Assembly: GCA_010093815.1 (NCBI GenBank)
Contig: ML996574.1
Reading direction: 5' to 3' (one strand)
Source: Pseudovirgaria hyperparasitica
Lineage: Eukaryota
Length of the DNA stretch: 64,000 bases
The notes under the pieces were generated by a model. That model was not told the origin of the DNA. It did not search any database and saw only the letters and a program-made list of their open reading frames with translations. Below, one piece after another: positions 10,541-22,981 of the stretch. Both the position numbers and the translations under genes were made by a program. Positions within the stretch are counted from its first letter, which is position 1. Every line of letters starts with the position of its first letter.

Positions 10541-13500
10541 TAGTATTAATCCCAGCCATTTCTAACTAAGAAGTAGAAATATTAGACTAAATTATAGAGC
10601 TTTTAGACGAAGAAATAGTAGATACACTAAGTAACTTCTAATAATATAAAGCCGGATAAGAAGTTATGGCGGAGCCACGCGAGGTATTATAATAAACTAT
10701 TACTAAACTTTAGAAATATATCGCGAATTAGGCTTAAGAGATTTAAACTCTTAAAGAATAGATAGAATACACGAAACTCCTTATAAAGAGACGAGAACTT
10801 AAGAAGTCTCTTAAAGAACTATACCGAACGATAGTAGGTGGACGACTTTCTATACTAATTTAGGCGGAATTAGTTTACCTACTATTAGAGTTATAATAAT
10901 CTACCATATACCTAGCCGCTTCGTTACCGATTTACTCTACTTCTTCTCTAGGTATACTAAAATCTAAAGACCCGACTATATTTATAGAGAAGAACTAAAA
11001 GGAGTAGAAAGACTAGAAGAGAGACTACGAAAAGTACTTCCTTAATAACCCTCTACTCTTTTCTACTAAAGTATAACGTATTTCGTTCGGAGAATAATAC
11101 CTAGACTTATAATCCCGCGATTAATAGGATAGATAGAAGGAAGTATAGCTACTATCTATGATAACCTAGGAATATTTAGCTATATTTATATTAAATACCC
11201 TTAGAACGGNNNNNNNNNNNNNNNNNNNNNNNNNNNNNNNNNNNNNNNNNNNNNNNNNNNNNNNNNNNNNNNNNNNNNNNNNNNNNNNNNNNNNNNNNNN
11301 NNNNNNNNNNNNNNNNNNNNNNNNNNNNNNNNNNNNNNNNNNNNNNNNNNNNNNNNNNNNNNNNNNNNNNNNNNNNNNNNNNNNNNNNNNNNNNNNNNNN
11401 NNNNNNNNNNNNNNNNNNNNNNNNNNNNNNNNNNNNNNNNNNNNNNNNNNNNNNNNNNNNNNNNNNNNNNNNNNNNNNNNNNNNNNNNNNNNNNNNNNNN
11501 NNNNNNNNNNNNNNNNNNNNNNNNNNNNNNNNNNNNNNNNNNNNNNNNNNNNNNNNNNNNNNNNNNNNNNNNNNNNNNNNNNNNNNNNNNNNNNNNNNNN
11601 NNNNNNNNNNNNNNNNNNNNNNNNNNNNNNNNNNNNNNNNNNNNNNNNNNNNNNNNNNNNNNNNNNNNNNNNNNNNNNNNNNNNNNNNNNNNNNNNNNNN
11701 NNNNNNNNNNNNNNNNNNNNNNNNNNNNNNNNNNNNNNNNNNNNNNNNNNNNNNNNNNNNNNNNNNNNNNNNNNNNNNNNNNNNNNNNNNNNNNNNNNNN
11801 NNNNNNNNNNNNNNNNNNNNNNNNTATCTATTATAAAATAGTAGGATTATAGCGTACTTCGTTACTATAAGTATAGAGAAATAGAATATATTTTATCTAA
11901 CTATAAGAATCCGAAAAAAGAATAGACTAGTATACGAGACCTAACCACGTTCTTAGCTAAATTATATATACTTAGAAGGAGCTATAGCGCCTTCCGGCGA
12001 GTAAAGATCTAATATTACTAAAAGTATTATTACCTATAGTAAATAGTAATAAAACTATATAGGCCCTTATAGATACTAGTATAGAAGATAACTATATTTT
12101 ATTAATTCTCGTAAAGGAGTATAGATTATTATATAATCTCGGTAAAGTTAGCCGAACTATCGTAGTTAATAGATATAAAGTTAGAACTTTAGATAAAGCT
12201 ATAATAAATTACGAAGTTCATGACTTAAAGATAATAAAATAGTAGATATCTAATAAATTTATCGTGGCTAATATTAGCTAATAGAATATGATTCTAGGGA
12301 TGCCTTAGCTTAGACGCCTAAATCCTATCCTTAATTTTTAGAAGGAGATATTAATATTCTAATAATACTATAGTAAATTATACTAGTAAGTCGTAACTAT
12401 TAGTAAGGAGGCATGGAACCTTACCATGTAGACCCGATTATCGCTAATCTATCTTACGTCCTTATCGATCGTCGATAAAGATAAGAATAATAGTAATAAT
12501 CAGGGTAAAGACACGCTATCTAATATATATTCGTAGTATACGGATGTGTTTTTAGTAGGAGATATATTATTTCTCCCTAATCACGGACCGTATAAGCTAA
12601 AGATTAAGCTTAAAGAGGGAGTAGACGTCCCTTATAGCCTACTTTACCTACTTTTAAGACTAGAACTTAAAGTTCTTTATAAATATATTAAAGAATACCT
12701 TAAAAGAGGCTAGATACGTTATAGTACGTTATCGGCCGGCGTATCTATTCTCTTCATAAAGAAGAAAGACGGAAGTTTATATCTATGCGTCGACTATTAG
12801 GTACTAAATACGGTAACTAAGAAGAATCGTCACCCATTACCGCTAGTTAGTGAATCTTTAGACTAATTAATAAAGGTAAAGTACTTTACGAAGCTAGATT
12901 TATAAGATATATATTACTAGCTTCGAATTTATTATAGAGATAAGTAGAAAACCACATTTCGGACTAGATATAGTTATTTTAAGTATACTATTATACTATT
13001 CGGGCTAATAAATACGCTAGAAGCGTTTTAAGAATATATTAATACTATACTCGTAGGATTACTTAACGTGATTTATATAGTTTATCTTAATAATATACTA
13101 ATTTACTCTAATAGTATATAGAATTATAAAGAATATATAAAATCGGTACTAAATCATCTAAGGTAGTATAAACTCTATATAAAATTATCTAAATGCGAGT
13201 TTCACTAATAAGAAGTTAGGTTTCTCGGCTTTATTATAATATATAGCGGTCTAAAAATAGAGCCGGAGCGTATAAAGACCATTATAGAATAGCTAGAACC
13301 TACTACTATACGTTAAATTAGAATATTTATAGGTTTTATAAACTATTATTATAAATTTATTATAGGCTTCTTACGAATTACGGCGCCGCTTAATAAACTT
13401 ATAGAGAATAGTAGTAAAATCTCTATAGGTAGGCGAGTATAGCGTAAAGCTAAGTTAGTCGAGATATAGTTAACGCCGGAAGCGCGAGATACATTCTAAT

Positions 13501-15700
13501 CGTTAAAGAATTACTTTATAACTATACCGATTCTTAGGTATTTTAATTCTAAGAAGTATATTCGGGTTAAAACTAACGCGTTAGGATTTATAATTACTAG
13601 AATTATTAGTTAACTATATAAAGATACGAAAGATAAGGTATAATAGTACCCGGTCGCTTTCTTTTTCTAGAAAATAGTGGATATAGAGACGCGTTATAAT
13701 ACGTACGACTAGAAACTACTTATAATTATTAAGAGTTTTAAGTAATAGCGATATTATTTAGAAGGCTCTATATATTAGATTAAATTATTATCGGATTACG
13801 TAAATCTACGTTACTTTATATTAACTAAGGTCCTTAATCGCCGATAAGTATGTTAGGCTAAGTAGATATTAATATTTAACTTTAAAATCTTATATAAAGC
13901 TAGAAGAGAGAATAAAGCTAATCCTCTATCACGGTATAAAGATTATAAGAAATTATTATAGAATAACGTAGATAGTCGGTATAAGTTAGACTATACTATA
14001 CTTTAGATACTATAAGACTAGTTATCTAATAGAATACTAGAAGCTAGGATACTTTCGGCGATTCTCCGCGGGAATTAGAGCGGGTATTAAGTAATCTAAA
14101 TAAACGTCTAAGAAACTAAGAAAACCCTTAAAGACTTAATTAAATCTACCTAGAATTCCGATATATTAGTAAAGAAAGTTATAAGTATAAAAGGAAGCGC
14201 TATAGATCCGCTATAGTTATTAAGGTAGAAACGATAATCGGACGTAATCTACTTCTAAGACCGACTCTACGTGCTAGAAGGCGGCTTATAAATTAATATT
14301 TTAAGGGAATAGTATAATTACGCGTTAGTAGAGTACTTTAGTATTATAAGGACGGTTAATTTAATCCGAAGGACGTATAACTAGCCGGGTCTTTATAAAT
14401 ATATAAAAGACTATATAAAAACATATAACGTTTACTAGTATACGAAAGTATATAGATACTTACTATATAGCGAATTAAGGCTATTATCTATACTAAAGGA
14501 GGCATAGAAGGAATTATCTATGGATTTTATTATAGATCTACCCCTAAGTAAGTATTCTAGGTATATTTATAATAGTTTACTCGTAGTTCTAGATAGATTT
14601 ATAAAGATATTATACTATATCCCTATAAGGAAGATAATCTAAGTACCGGATCTTATAGATATACTACTCCGTGACGTAGTTCGGCTCTATAGTATACTAA
14701 ACAGTATAGTTTCAGATAGAGGTCCATAGATAACATCTAAATTTTAGAAGGATTTCTACTATACGCTAGGAATTAAGCGGAAACTTAGTACTACGTTCTA
14801 TCTATAAATAGATAGATAGATAGAGCGATAGAATTAGATAGTTAAGGCGTATTTACGCGTATATTATAACTATAAGTAGAATAACTAGGTAAGGTTAGTC
14901 TATATCGCGGAATTCGCGTATAATAATAGCCGATATATATTAACCTACGTAAGTCCGTTCGAAGTAAACTTCGGTTAGAACTATAATATATAGTTCTTAG
15001 GAACTTAGTTTAAAGTAGAACGACCTAATATTAAAGTAATAGAAATTACTATAGAACTATTCTAAACGTAAAGAAGTATTATAAAGTTACTATAAGATAC
15101 TATAAATTATAGTAAATCGTACTATAATAAGGGTAGAAAACCTATAATCTTTAATATTAGGGATAAAGTTTTACTAAATAGTAAGAATATTTATAGTATT
15201 AGGCTAAAGAAGAAGCTTAACTATATAATAATAGGTCTATATAAGATTACTTATATAATTAATAACTAGGTGTACGAGTTATAACTCCCTCCTATATTAA
15301 AGATATATAATATATTCTATATTACGCTTCTCGAGCCATTTCATGCCTTATTATTACTAGATTATTCTAAATAGATACTATATAAAGTAGTTACGTAAGA
15401 AGATATAGATATCTACGAAGTTAAGTAGATACTTAGCTAGTAATACGCTAAAGATAGCACGTGGCTATATAAGATTTATTAGAAAGAATATAATCCTAAT
15501 AAAGATACTTAGGAACCTATAATAAATATTAGTAAAGTAGCGATATTAGTATATAAGTAGTAATTAGTAAAGGAAGCCGCGGAATCGTAGAGAATTATAC
15601 TAAAGTACGGCGATTTAACATTTTTTAGTATAGTTTAGTACTAAGGACGGCCGCCTAAAAGGAAGAAGGTAAAAGAGATATAGATCTTTAAAATATTCTA
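10541..15700 (+). pseudogene. RIP-degraded gag-pol of Gypsy A (continuation after copy B)
   Basis: Colinear with ~3550-8503 of copy B; same RT (VYLNNIL ~13080), RNase H, integrase and chromodomain relics. Confidence 0.9.
11210..11823. other. Assembly gap (N run) inside gag of Gypsy A
   Basis: Run of N; homologous sequence is present in copy B at ~4168-4626. Confidence 1.
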
Positions 15701-16060
15701 AGGAATTAAGGAACTTCCTTAGAAAGTTTAAACTTAGAACTTTAAAAAATTTAACTAAAAAGGAGACTTAGAAAAATAATTTACTAAGAGAAATAGACAT
15801 CGAAAATCGGTGCTAATTAGTATAGATCGGTATAGATTACTAAAGAGATTAAAGAAGTTATTATTAATAATAATAATAATAATATTATATAACTAGGTAG
15901 AGTAGTACTCTACAGGCCTATGCCTTCTCTAGTCTAAGCCACTATATAAGAAGAAACCCCATAGGGAAAAACTTCCTTATATCTATAACTACATCTCGTT
16001 AAACCTCTATTTCGTCTTAAGTATATAGCTATAGGGTACGCCTATTAGTCTATAGCCTAT

Positions 16061-16432
16061 TGTAGTAAGCCATCGCCACGTGTGTCCCTTTTATAAATGG
16101 CTGTGTTCCTAGTATAGTAGTCGCGACGAACTTACAAGTATCTCTCCTAGGTATTATAAGTTCTCTTTAAACGCACGACTTCTTATTAGTTCTCTTTTAC
16201 GATAGGACGGGTCTATATAATACTCTTAATCAATTCTTTAATAGCTAAGCCTAATAATTAATACCTATAGAGGCCTATAAACGTAAGGAAAGGTTAAATA
16301 GTTAAATATTAGTGATGGGGGGGAAGCGCCGAGTAGAATGACTAAGGAAAACGCCCTCCTTAAATATATAATAAAGCCATGTGATCGAGCTAGGGATACA
16401 TATATATAGGGCTATAGGAGCGGCCTTCCACA
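16061..16432 (-). repeat. 3' LTR of Gypsy C
   Basis: Direct repeat of 49306-49677; the differences seen are C>T/G>A transitions. Confidence 0.95.
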
Positions 16433-16578
16433 TATACCTCCCCGGCCTATAGAACTACTACCCTTAGTAGTATAGTAACCGTGTAAGAAACCGTGTAAAG
16501 AACGCCTAAAAGAAAGACCTTAATACGAATAAAATGCGCCCCTAGTAAACCTCTTAGCGCGGGTAAACCTTAGCCCGG

Positions 16579-16611
16579 ATTATTAGTTAAGGGTAGCCCT
16601 TAACTAATAAT
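16579..16611. repeat. 33-bp palindromic mini-element, copy 1
   Basis: ATTATTAGTTAAGGG-TAG-CCCTTAACTAATAAT; same element at 46058-46090 and inverted at 49725-49757. Confidence 0.9.
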
Positions 16612-19564
16612 TAGGTAGGTTTTTAGGCGCCTAATCTTAGTACTCGAGGTCACGAGCTAGCTCCTAAAGAATCGTGTCGCTTATCTTAGAGAGGTTAGAT
16701 TCCTTCTCGTTAGATAGTTCGTTAGGCCTCTCCTATCTATAGAAGTTCTCTTTAATATTATCTAGGCCCGCGTCGGACTCGAATTTCTTAAAATTAATTA
16801 GCCGCTTAGCGGCCCGCGCCTCGTTAAATTCCTTCTAGAACGACCTATCCCTATAGACTAGCCTTTCCTACCTTACCATTTTCTTAAAGGTCTCTATAAA
16901 TACTCTCGAGCCCTCCTTAAACTAGGCGTCTACCTTAGCTTTAAGTTATTAAGAACTTACGTTAAGCCACGTAGCTACCTCTTCTTTTACCTTCTAGCTA
17001 TCCTATCTTTTACGGCCGACTAATATATTACTAACGGCGTTAAAACTCGGGAGTTAAACTACGGCTAGGAAGGTAAAAGGAATCGCGCTATATTTATTAG
17101 AAAATCCCGACGGAGACGTGGGTCCCGGAGTTAAATTCCTATAAGCTACTGCGAGTTATTCCTATGTACCTATTTTAGGCACTTCCATTATCATATAATT
17201 AGGGCTAATCGCGATATACTATAGAAGCATCGTACGTCTTCTACCCTTTACGGGACCCTAGGCGCCGTACATTATTAGTAGACTAGAGATGCGCACTTTA
17301 AGGGACTAGTAGGGGACCGGGACGAAGGGACTAAATCGTTTCTTATCGTCCGTATTATAGATCTTATCGTTAATAGCCGTAATTATACCATTTCGATTAA
17401 CCCCCTCACGGAGCTTAGCCTTCAACTACCATTTATTTAAGAACTTATAGGAGCGGGGAACGATTATAGTGTAGTCGTTACTTCGTTCGTCGTTAAGACT
17501 AATACTCCCCTAGATTATATTAAACCCGTGTCTATCGCTAGAATCAAGGATTCGATTAATGGCGTTATCGAGATGCTTAAAACCCGTCTTATCGCCCCTA
17601 TTCTAGGACTTCGCATAGTACGGGTACGAGATTAGATAGTGGTTAAGATCGGGCCGAAGAGCGATATAGGTGAGCTAGTAAAGTAGGTATTACCTAATAA
17701 ACTATTAGATATAGGAGTGGTATATAGTTTGTAGCTAGCCGTAGTTCGATTTCTTATTAATCATGCGCTAGTAGTACTTATATATATTAAATTCATCCCT
17801 CGCGAGTTCTAGAATACTCTTATTAAGTATAGAGGTCGTCTTTTTAAGTAGCTCGAAGAGCCCTTTAATATTAATACTTCTAGTACGTTCCTACTCGTCG
17901 AAGAGTTATCTATCTATCCTACCGTCCTCCTTCTAAATTATAAATATAATACTAGTAAGGATGGTTTTAATATTAATAACTTACTTCGGGGTCTCTAGGG
18001 CCTAGTAACGATAGATATCTAATACCTCTATTAGATAAGGTGGCCGCGTGTACTTCGCGAACTAGGTATAGCGGTCCTTATAAACTTTAAGGGCCCCTAC
18101 GTTATCTCTAAACTCATATACTATTTTAAGTCTTGCTACTAGGTTTAAGTAGGACACGCTAATAAGTATATTATTCTTTCTAGCCACGTCTTAGTAATAC
18201 TTATAGTAGACTTTATACGGAATAGCTATATTACCTATCTACGCTTTCTAGCGTACTAGTAGAGCCATTCCCTTAATGCTCGTGAAATTCTTCTTTAATG
18301 ATATAGCTACCTTAAAAGTCTTCGTCACTAAAGGCGCGTATTAATACTTCTTAGGCTCATCCTCTTCCTCGACTAATACTATTATCTTAGGGTGCGAACT
18401 AAGAATAACCGGGGATTATCGTATAGGCGCCCCTAGTAATTACTAAGGGCCGGTAGATAAGGTACGTCCGCGAGTGGGTTTTGTCGGCGTGGCTATAATA
18501 GGTACTAAAGAGGTTCTCGTATAGCCCGGTAAGGGACGTATACTAGTAGTAGTAGGAGGAATACTTACTTCGAACGGACGACTAGCTTCGAAGAGATAAT
18601 ATACTACTAAACTAGAAGGCGTGCTTCGTGAAGGGGACTTTACTATAGATATTATCTATACTAGTTTTAGCGACGGTAAGGTCTAAGGCGGAGGCGATAT
18701 ACTTATCTCTTTAATTTATAGGTAGTATTCGACGGGCCTATAAACTATTCTACTTATCCGTAACTATTAACTAGCGGGGATAATAAGTCCCGTCTTATTA
18801 TAGAACGTTAGTTTATTTTATCGACTAGGGTAGTTCGAGAGTTACTAGAGAGATAGACCGTCCTTATTACTATTACTAGCTAGGGCGGCATTAATATTAG
18901 AGCTCTAAAGATATACCTTAATTCCCCTTTCCTTCTATCCCTAGCCGATTCGGGACCATAGGGATACGTTTAACTAGTTCCTCGCTCTCGCCCATGTCCG
19001 TATTCATAAGAGCGCTACTAGCTTTTCTATAAAGTTCTATGTTTACTAGAGCTGTCCGAGGGCGGATTAGAGTGACTAGCCATCGTTATTAGGGAGGTCT
19101 TTTCGCTAGTTTTATAGGATTGTATTTTTAACTTTTAGAATGCGGGAGTTAGTATCTCTTCCACGACGAATTATCTTATGGACTTCTTTCGGAATGGAGG
19201 AGTTAATCTTTACCTTACTATACCCTATTACGGCTTCTACTTCCTAGAAGAGGTTAACTATACTACTTAAGAGCTATTCTACGAGGCTAGTAATATGAAG
19301 GAGATTATTAAACGTGTCTAGAATATAGTCCTATCGCTCTTGCGGGTCCTAGATAGCAATGATTCGGTTAATGGTAGACTTATTTACTTCCGTAGCTTCT
19401 ATAGCCTGTCTATATAGAGTAGTAGATGGCCTCGATACTACGATAGCCGTCGATAGCCCTACTTTAGTACTTACGACTCTTAACTAGGACCGTGTCTATC
19501 TTATTAGTGCTTAATAATCTTATAACTTTTCATGGGTAGGCGTTTTCTTTTTCGGCGGGGCTAT
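16612..19564 (-). pseudogene. RIP-degraded ~980-codon accessory ORF of Gypsy C with a C-terminal PhyH-like 2OG-Fe(II) dioxygenase domain
   Basis: Stretches translated by hand share one frame and their stops are RIP-type: (M)APPKKKTP... then EF(D)(M)YK(HH)..G(W)L..(M)YHS..QQ, ALRPD, LISYPYYAK..GDKTGFKHLD (HxD at 17567-17575), I(Q)GSISL(D)DE..(C)T(M)IVPRS(H)K, PVP(C)..VRISS..IM(H)GA(Q)GP..RRTML(P)(W) (distal His codon 17267-17269). Confidence 0.7.
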
Positions 19565-19599
19565 TATTATTATCGGTTCTATTAGCGAGTTGCGTTCTA

Positions 19600-19711
19600 A
19601 GGAGAGGTAGTTAAGCGAGGCGGAAGTAGAGGAGAAGGTTTTATTAATTAAGAAGGTATAGAGAGGTATAAGAGGGAAGAGTTATATACTATCTTAAGTT
19701 CTCTTTTTATG
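19600..19711 (-). promoter_or_regulatory. Putative internal promoter of the Gypsy C accessory ORF
   Basis: On the minus strand CATAAAAAG (TATA-like, 19703-19711) is followed by a CT-rich tract typical of fungal 5' leaders; three GAATCTATGAATAAATA-like direct repeats lie upstream at ~19786-19873. Confidence 0.35.
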
Positions 19712-20048
19712 CCTCCTTGAATGCCGGGTATATAGTAATTTTTATAAATGATCCTTACTAACGGCCGTAGGCCCGTATACGTGTCGAATCTATGAATAAA
19801 TATATGCTAGGTATATAGGAAATCTATGAATAAATATGTCTACCGGGTATATAGCGGAATCTATGAATAAATAGATACCGGGTATATTCTTATCCTTATG
19901 AGACTTCCTATAACATTAGGAAAGATACAGCGCTCCCAAGTACTCCTAAGTACTCCCTAAGTATTCTTTTATCCCATTATATCTATCGGGCGGACCTACT
20001 TACTATCTATCCCAACGGGACGGCTTTATATAATTTATACTAAGTATT

Positions 20049-20143
20049 CCGTTTATACCGAACGTCCCGTTTATACCGAACGTCCCGTTTATACCGAACG
20101 TCCCGTTTATACCGAACGTCCCGTTTATACCGAACGTCCCGTT
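20049..20143. repeat. Left subterminal tandem repeat, 18-bp unit CCGTTTATACCGAACGTC, at least 5 copies running into a gap
   Basis: Five perfect units plus a partial unit directly visible. Confidence 0.95.
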
Positions 20144-20398
20144 NNNNNNNNNNNNNNNNNNNNNNNNNNNNNNNNNNNNNNNNNNNNNNNNNNNNNNNNN
20201 NNNNNNNNNNNNNNNNNNNNNNNNNNNNNNNNNNNNNNNNNNNNNNNNNNNNNNNNNNNNNNNNNNNNNNNNNNNNNNNNNNNNNNNNNNNNNNNNNNNN
20301 NNNNNNNNNNNNNNNNNNNNNNNNNNNNNNNNNNNNNNNNNNNNNNNNNNNNNNNNNNNNNNNNNNNNNNNNNNNNNNNNNNNNNNNNNNNNNNNNNN
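20144..20398. other. Assembly gap (N run) in the subterminal repeat array
   Basis: Run of N. Confidence 1.
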
Positions 20399-20899
20399 CT
20401 AAAGTAATATCTTTATCTAAAGTATCTCTATAACTCTATATATCTTATTATTCTAAATTATATCTTTAGTATATTTAATTATAGTCTTTAAATTTAATAC
20501 TAGAAAGATAGTATATAATAGAGAGTAGAGGTTAAAAATTAATTAGACTAGGAACTTAAATTAAATGGTACTATTCTAAGCTCTCTCCGACTATATAGCT
20601 ATAATGAAATGTAGTAGACCTTCCTTTCTTCTACCTTTAGGCGGTGTCCTTTATCTATTAAAAGGTGTCCTTATCTAGAACTACCTTTGATGACCTTTTC
20701 TCCCACTAGACACTTCCCTCTATATTTCTAGTTACTGTTTTTATTCTCTCTTATATTATCTGTTCGGCCTCGTGGTAGTCTATATAGTTCCCTAGCTATA
20801 TACTAATATCCGACTTCTCTTAAAAGTGTGCACTCTTTATATATAGGTTAAAGACCCGACTTGAACGTCCGCCACCATCTAACTTTATTTTGATTTAAG

Positions 20900-22400
20900 T
20901 ATCGGTCGGGGTAGATAGACTACTAGTTAAGGTAGCTATAACTAGGGATAATAAGTTAGTAATAGACTTATTTATACTACACGTATATATACTATCATTT
21001 ACCGTTCCCGCGGTTACTTAGAGCGGGTCTATACTTAATACCCGAGATGGTATAATCTTATCCGTAGCTACTACTAGTAGTATAGAACTCTTACCTATAT
21101 CTAATGGCGCATGAGATGATTCGAGGTACTTATCCAACTGGTTTAGAGTATCCGACTTATCCTTTTCGTAGTAGTTAGTACCTATATAGCCTCTATAACT
21201 TTAGTATATACTTATATTACCCGATAGCTTAGACTCCTCGCTCTTATCTAAGTTATCTATATCTACTTTAGAGAAGTTATCTAGGTTATCTTTATATAGG
21301 TTTATATATATAGTGTCCGGGTCGATTGGTATTAGTACTATAAATACTAATGCTATTAGTAATTTTTAAATATAGTCGATGTGGTAGGGCGCCTAGTTCG
21401 ACTATGTTAGGCTTAGCGCTCGCTATTCCTCTATATAATTTAGCACGCGATTAGATAAAGGTGTGTATATATACCTAGTATTAGTAGAGAGCGTACGAAT
21501 CTATAGCGACCGAAGGACGAGTTCGGCGCCCGCCCGCTACTATATTCGTTAAGGGCATGCCTTATTATAATATATATAATGGTAATCGTGGATGGTGGGA
21601 TCGGTCGGAATATACTACTATAGTACTCCTTTAATCTAAGAAATCTTAGGGACTATAGTAGAACTAACTTTAGAGCCTTAATTACTACTAGCCCTATAAA
21701 CATTTTCCGAGTTACGCTAGTATTATACTAATAATTAGTAACACGTCTAACACGACGTAAGTAATATACCTTTACTCCTATATACGCGTTATTACGTATT
21801 AGGTTACTTATACTAGCTTTTCTCTTCTCGGCTATCTCCTAGTCCTAGTATTCGGATACTATCTATCTAACTCTAGAGAGGAGTTAGTAACGGAAGTCTA
21901 TTATATCTTCCTTTACTAGCGTAATAATATAGACGGGAGATGTGTTTTATAAATTATAATTAAGATAGTAGCTACTAAGATTAATATCTCCGGCGGCTGT
22001 CTAGGCCGATTATACTAGTATCCTAAAACTATCTAGGCTACTATCTAGCCATATATTAAGGCGATTAAATACTAGTAGTAACCGGCCTAAAAACGTTATA
22101 GCGATCGAAATCTCTATTATCGTAAGGTACCGGTCTCGTTCGTAAGGCTAGAGACTATCTCTATAGAACCGCCTCTTTTTACGGATAGTTAGTTCCCTCT
22201 CTACTACTATTTCTCTACCTTCTTCTATCGAGCTAGATAGCTAATATAGTAGAGGAGAGGACGTAAGGCCGTTATATCCCCGGTTACTATTACGGTAGGA
22301 TATTACCGTGACGTCTAAGCTATATAGGGCGTTACTACCATATTCGCTGCCGGTATACCTAGACTACTAGGTTATTAGTAGATAAACGAACGCGTCGAGA
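20900..22400 (-). pseudogene. RIP-degraded cargo gene of unknown function, divergent from the transposase
   Basis: Long minus-strand frame whose stops are RIP-type (e.g. YIPTDPTIHDYH...KACP...RAGAELVLRSL), acidic stretches, and an intron-like GT..CTAAT..AG segment at ~21717-21770; boundaries approximate. Confidence 0.4.
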
Positions 22401-22981
22401 TAAGCTAGGTGTATATATATACGTTTTTTATGTCGATGGCTATCGTGTAAGTCCCCATTATTAATACTAATACGTGTCTACGTTATATCGTATCTTCGTT
22501 TACCTATCCCGTTTAGTTTACTATAGTTACTAGATTGTCTTCTATTAGTGTTACTGCCACGGTAGCTAGATAGTCCCTTAACCGTCTTCCGTGTTAGAGG
22601 TCCTATAGAGAAGATATATAAGAGATTAGTAGATATTTTCATTAGTAATGGGTCGGTGACCTACTAGGCGATAACATTAGATAGCGGGATAATAACTAGC
22701 TAGTAGACACGATAAAGGTTTAGGCGTAGACTAATATAGTGTTTTTATAGACGCGTGATGCTTATACGTTATTATTAATAATTTTAAGTGAGCGTGTATA
22801 GGAATCAAGGGGCTAAGAGCCGGGTAGAAGTCGGGGGTTAGTGGGTATATATCGGGCTTTCGACGGGCTTACACCTAACTTCTTCCGGTATACGCCTAGA
22901 ATATCCGCCGTATGCCGTATTATTACTATCTACTAATAATTATACTATGGTATTTTTCCTTTATAGTAACTACACCTCGAG

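Noticed and set aside
17933..17984. Apparent GTAAGT...TAG intron in the Gypsy C accessory ORF
   Set aside because: Removing 52 nt would shift the frame, while read-through stays in frame with RIP-type stops only.
20049..20143. CRISPR-like look of short regular repeats (also 30146-30515 and 41890-42060)
   Set aside because: Head-to-tail tandem units with no unique spacers, in a eukaryotic transposon context.
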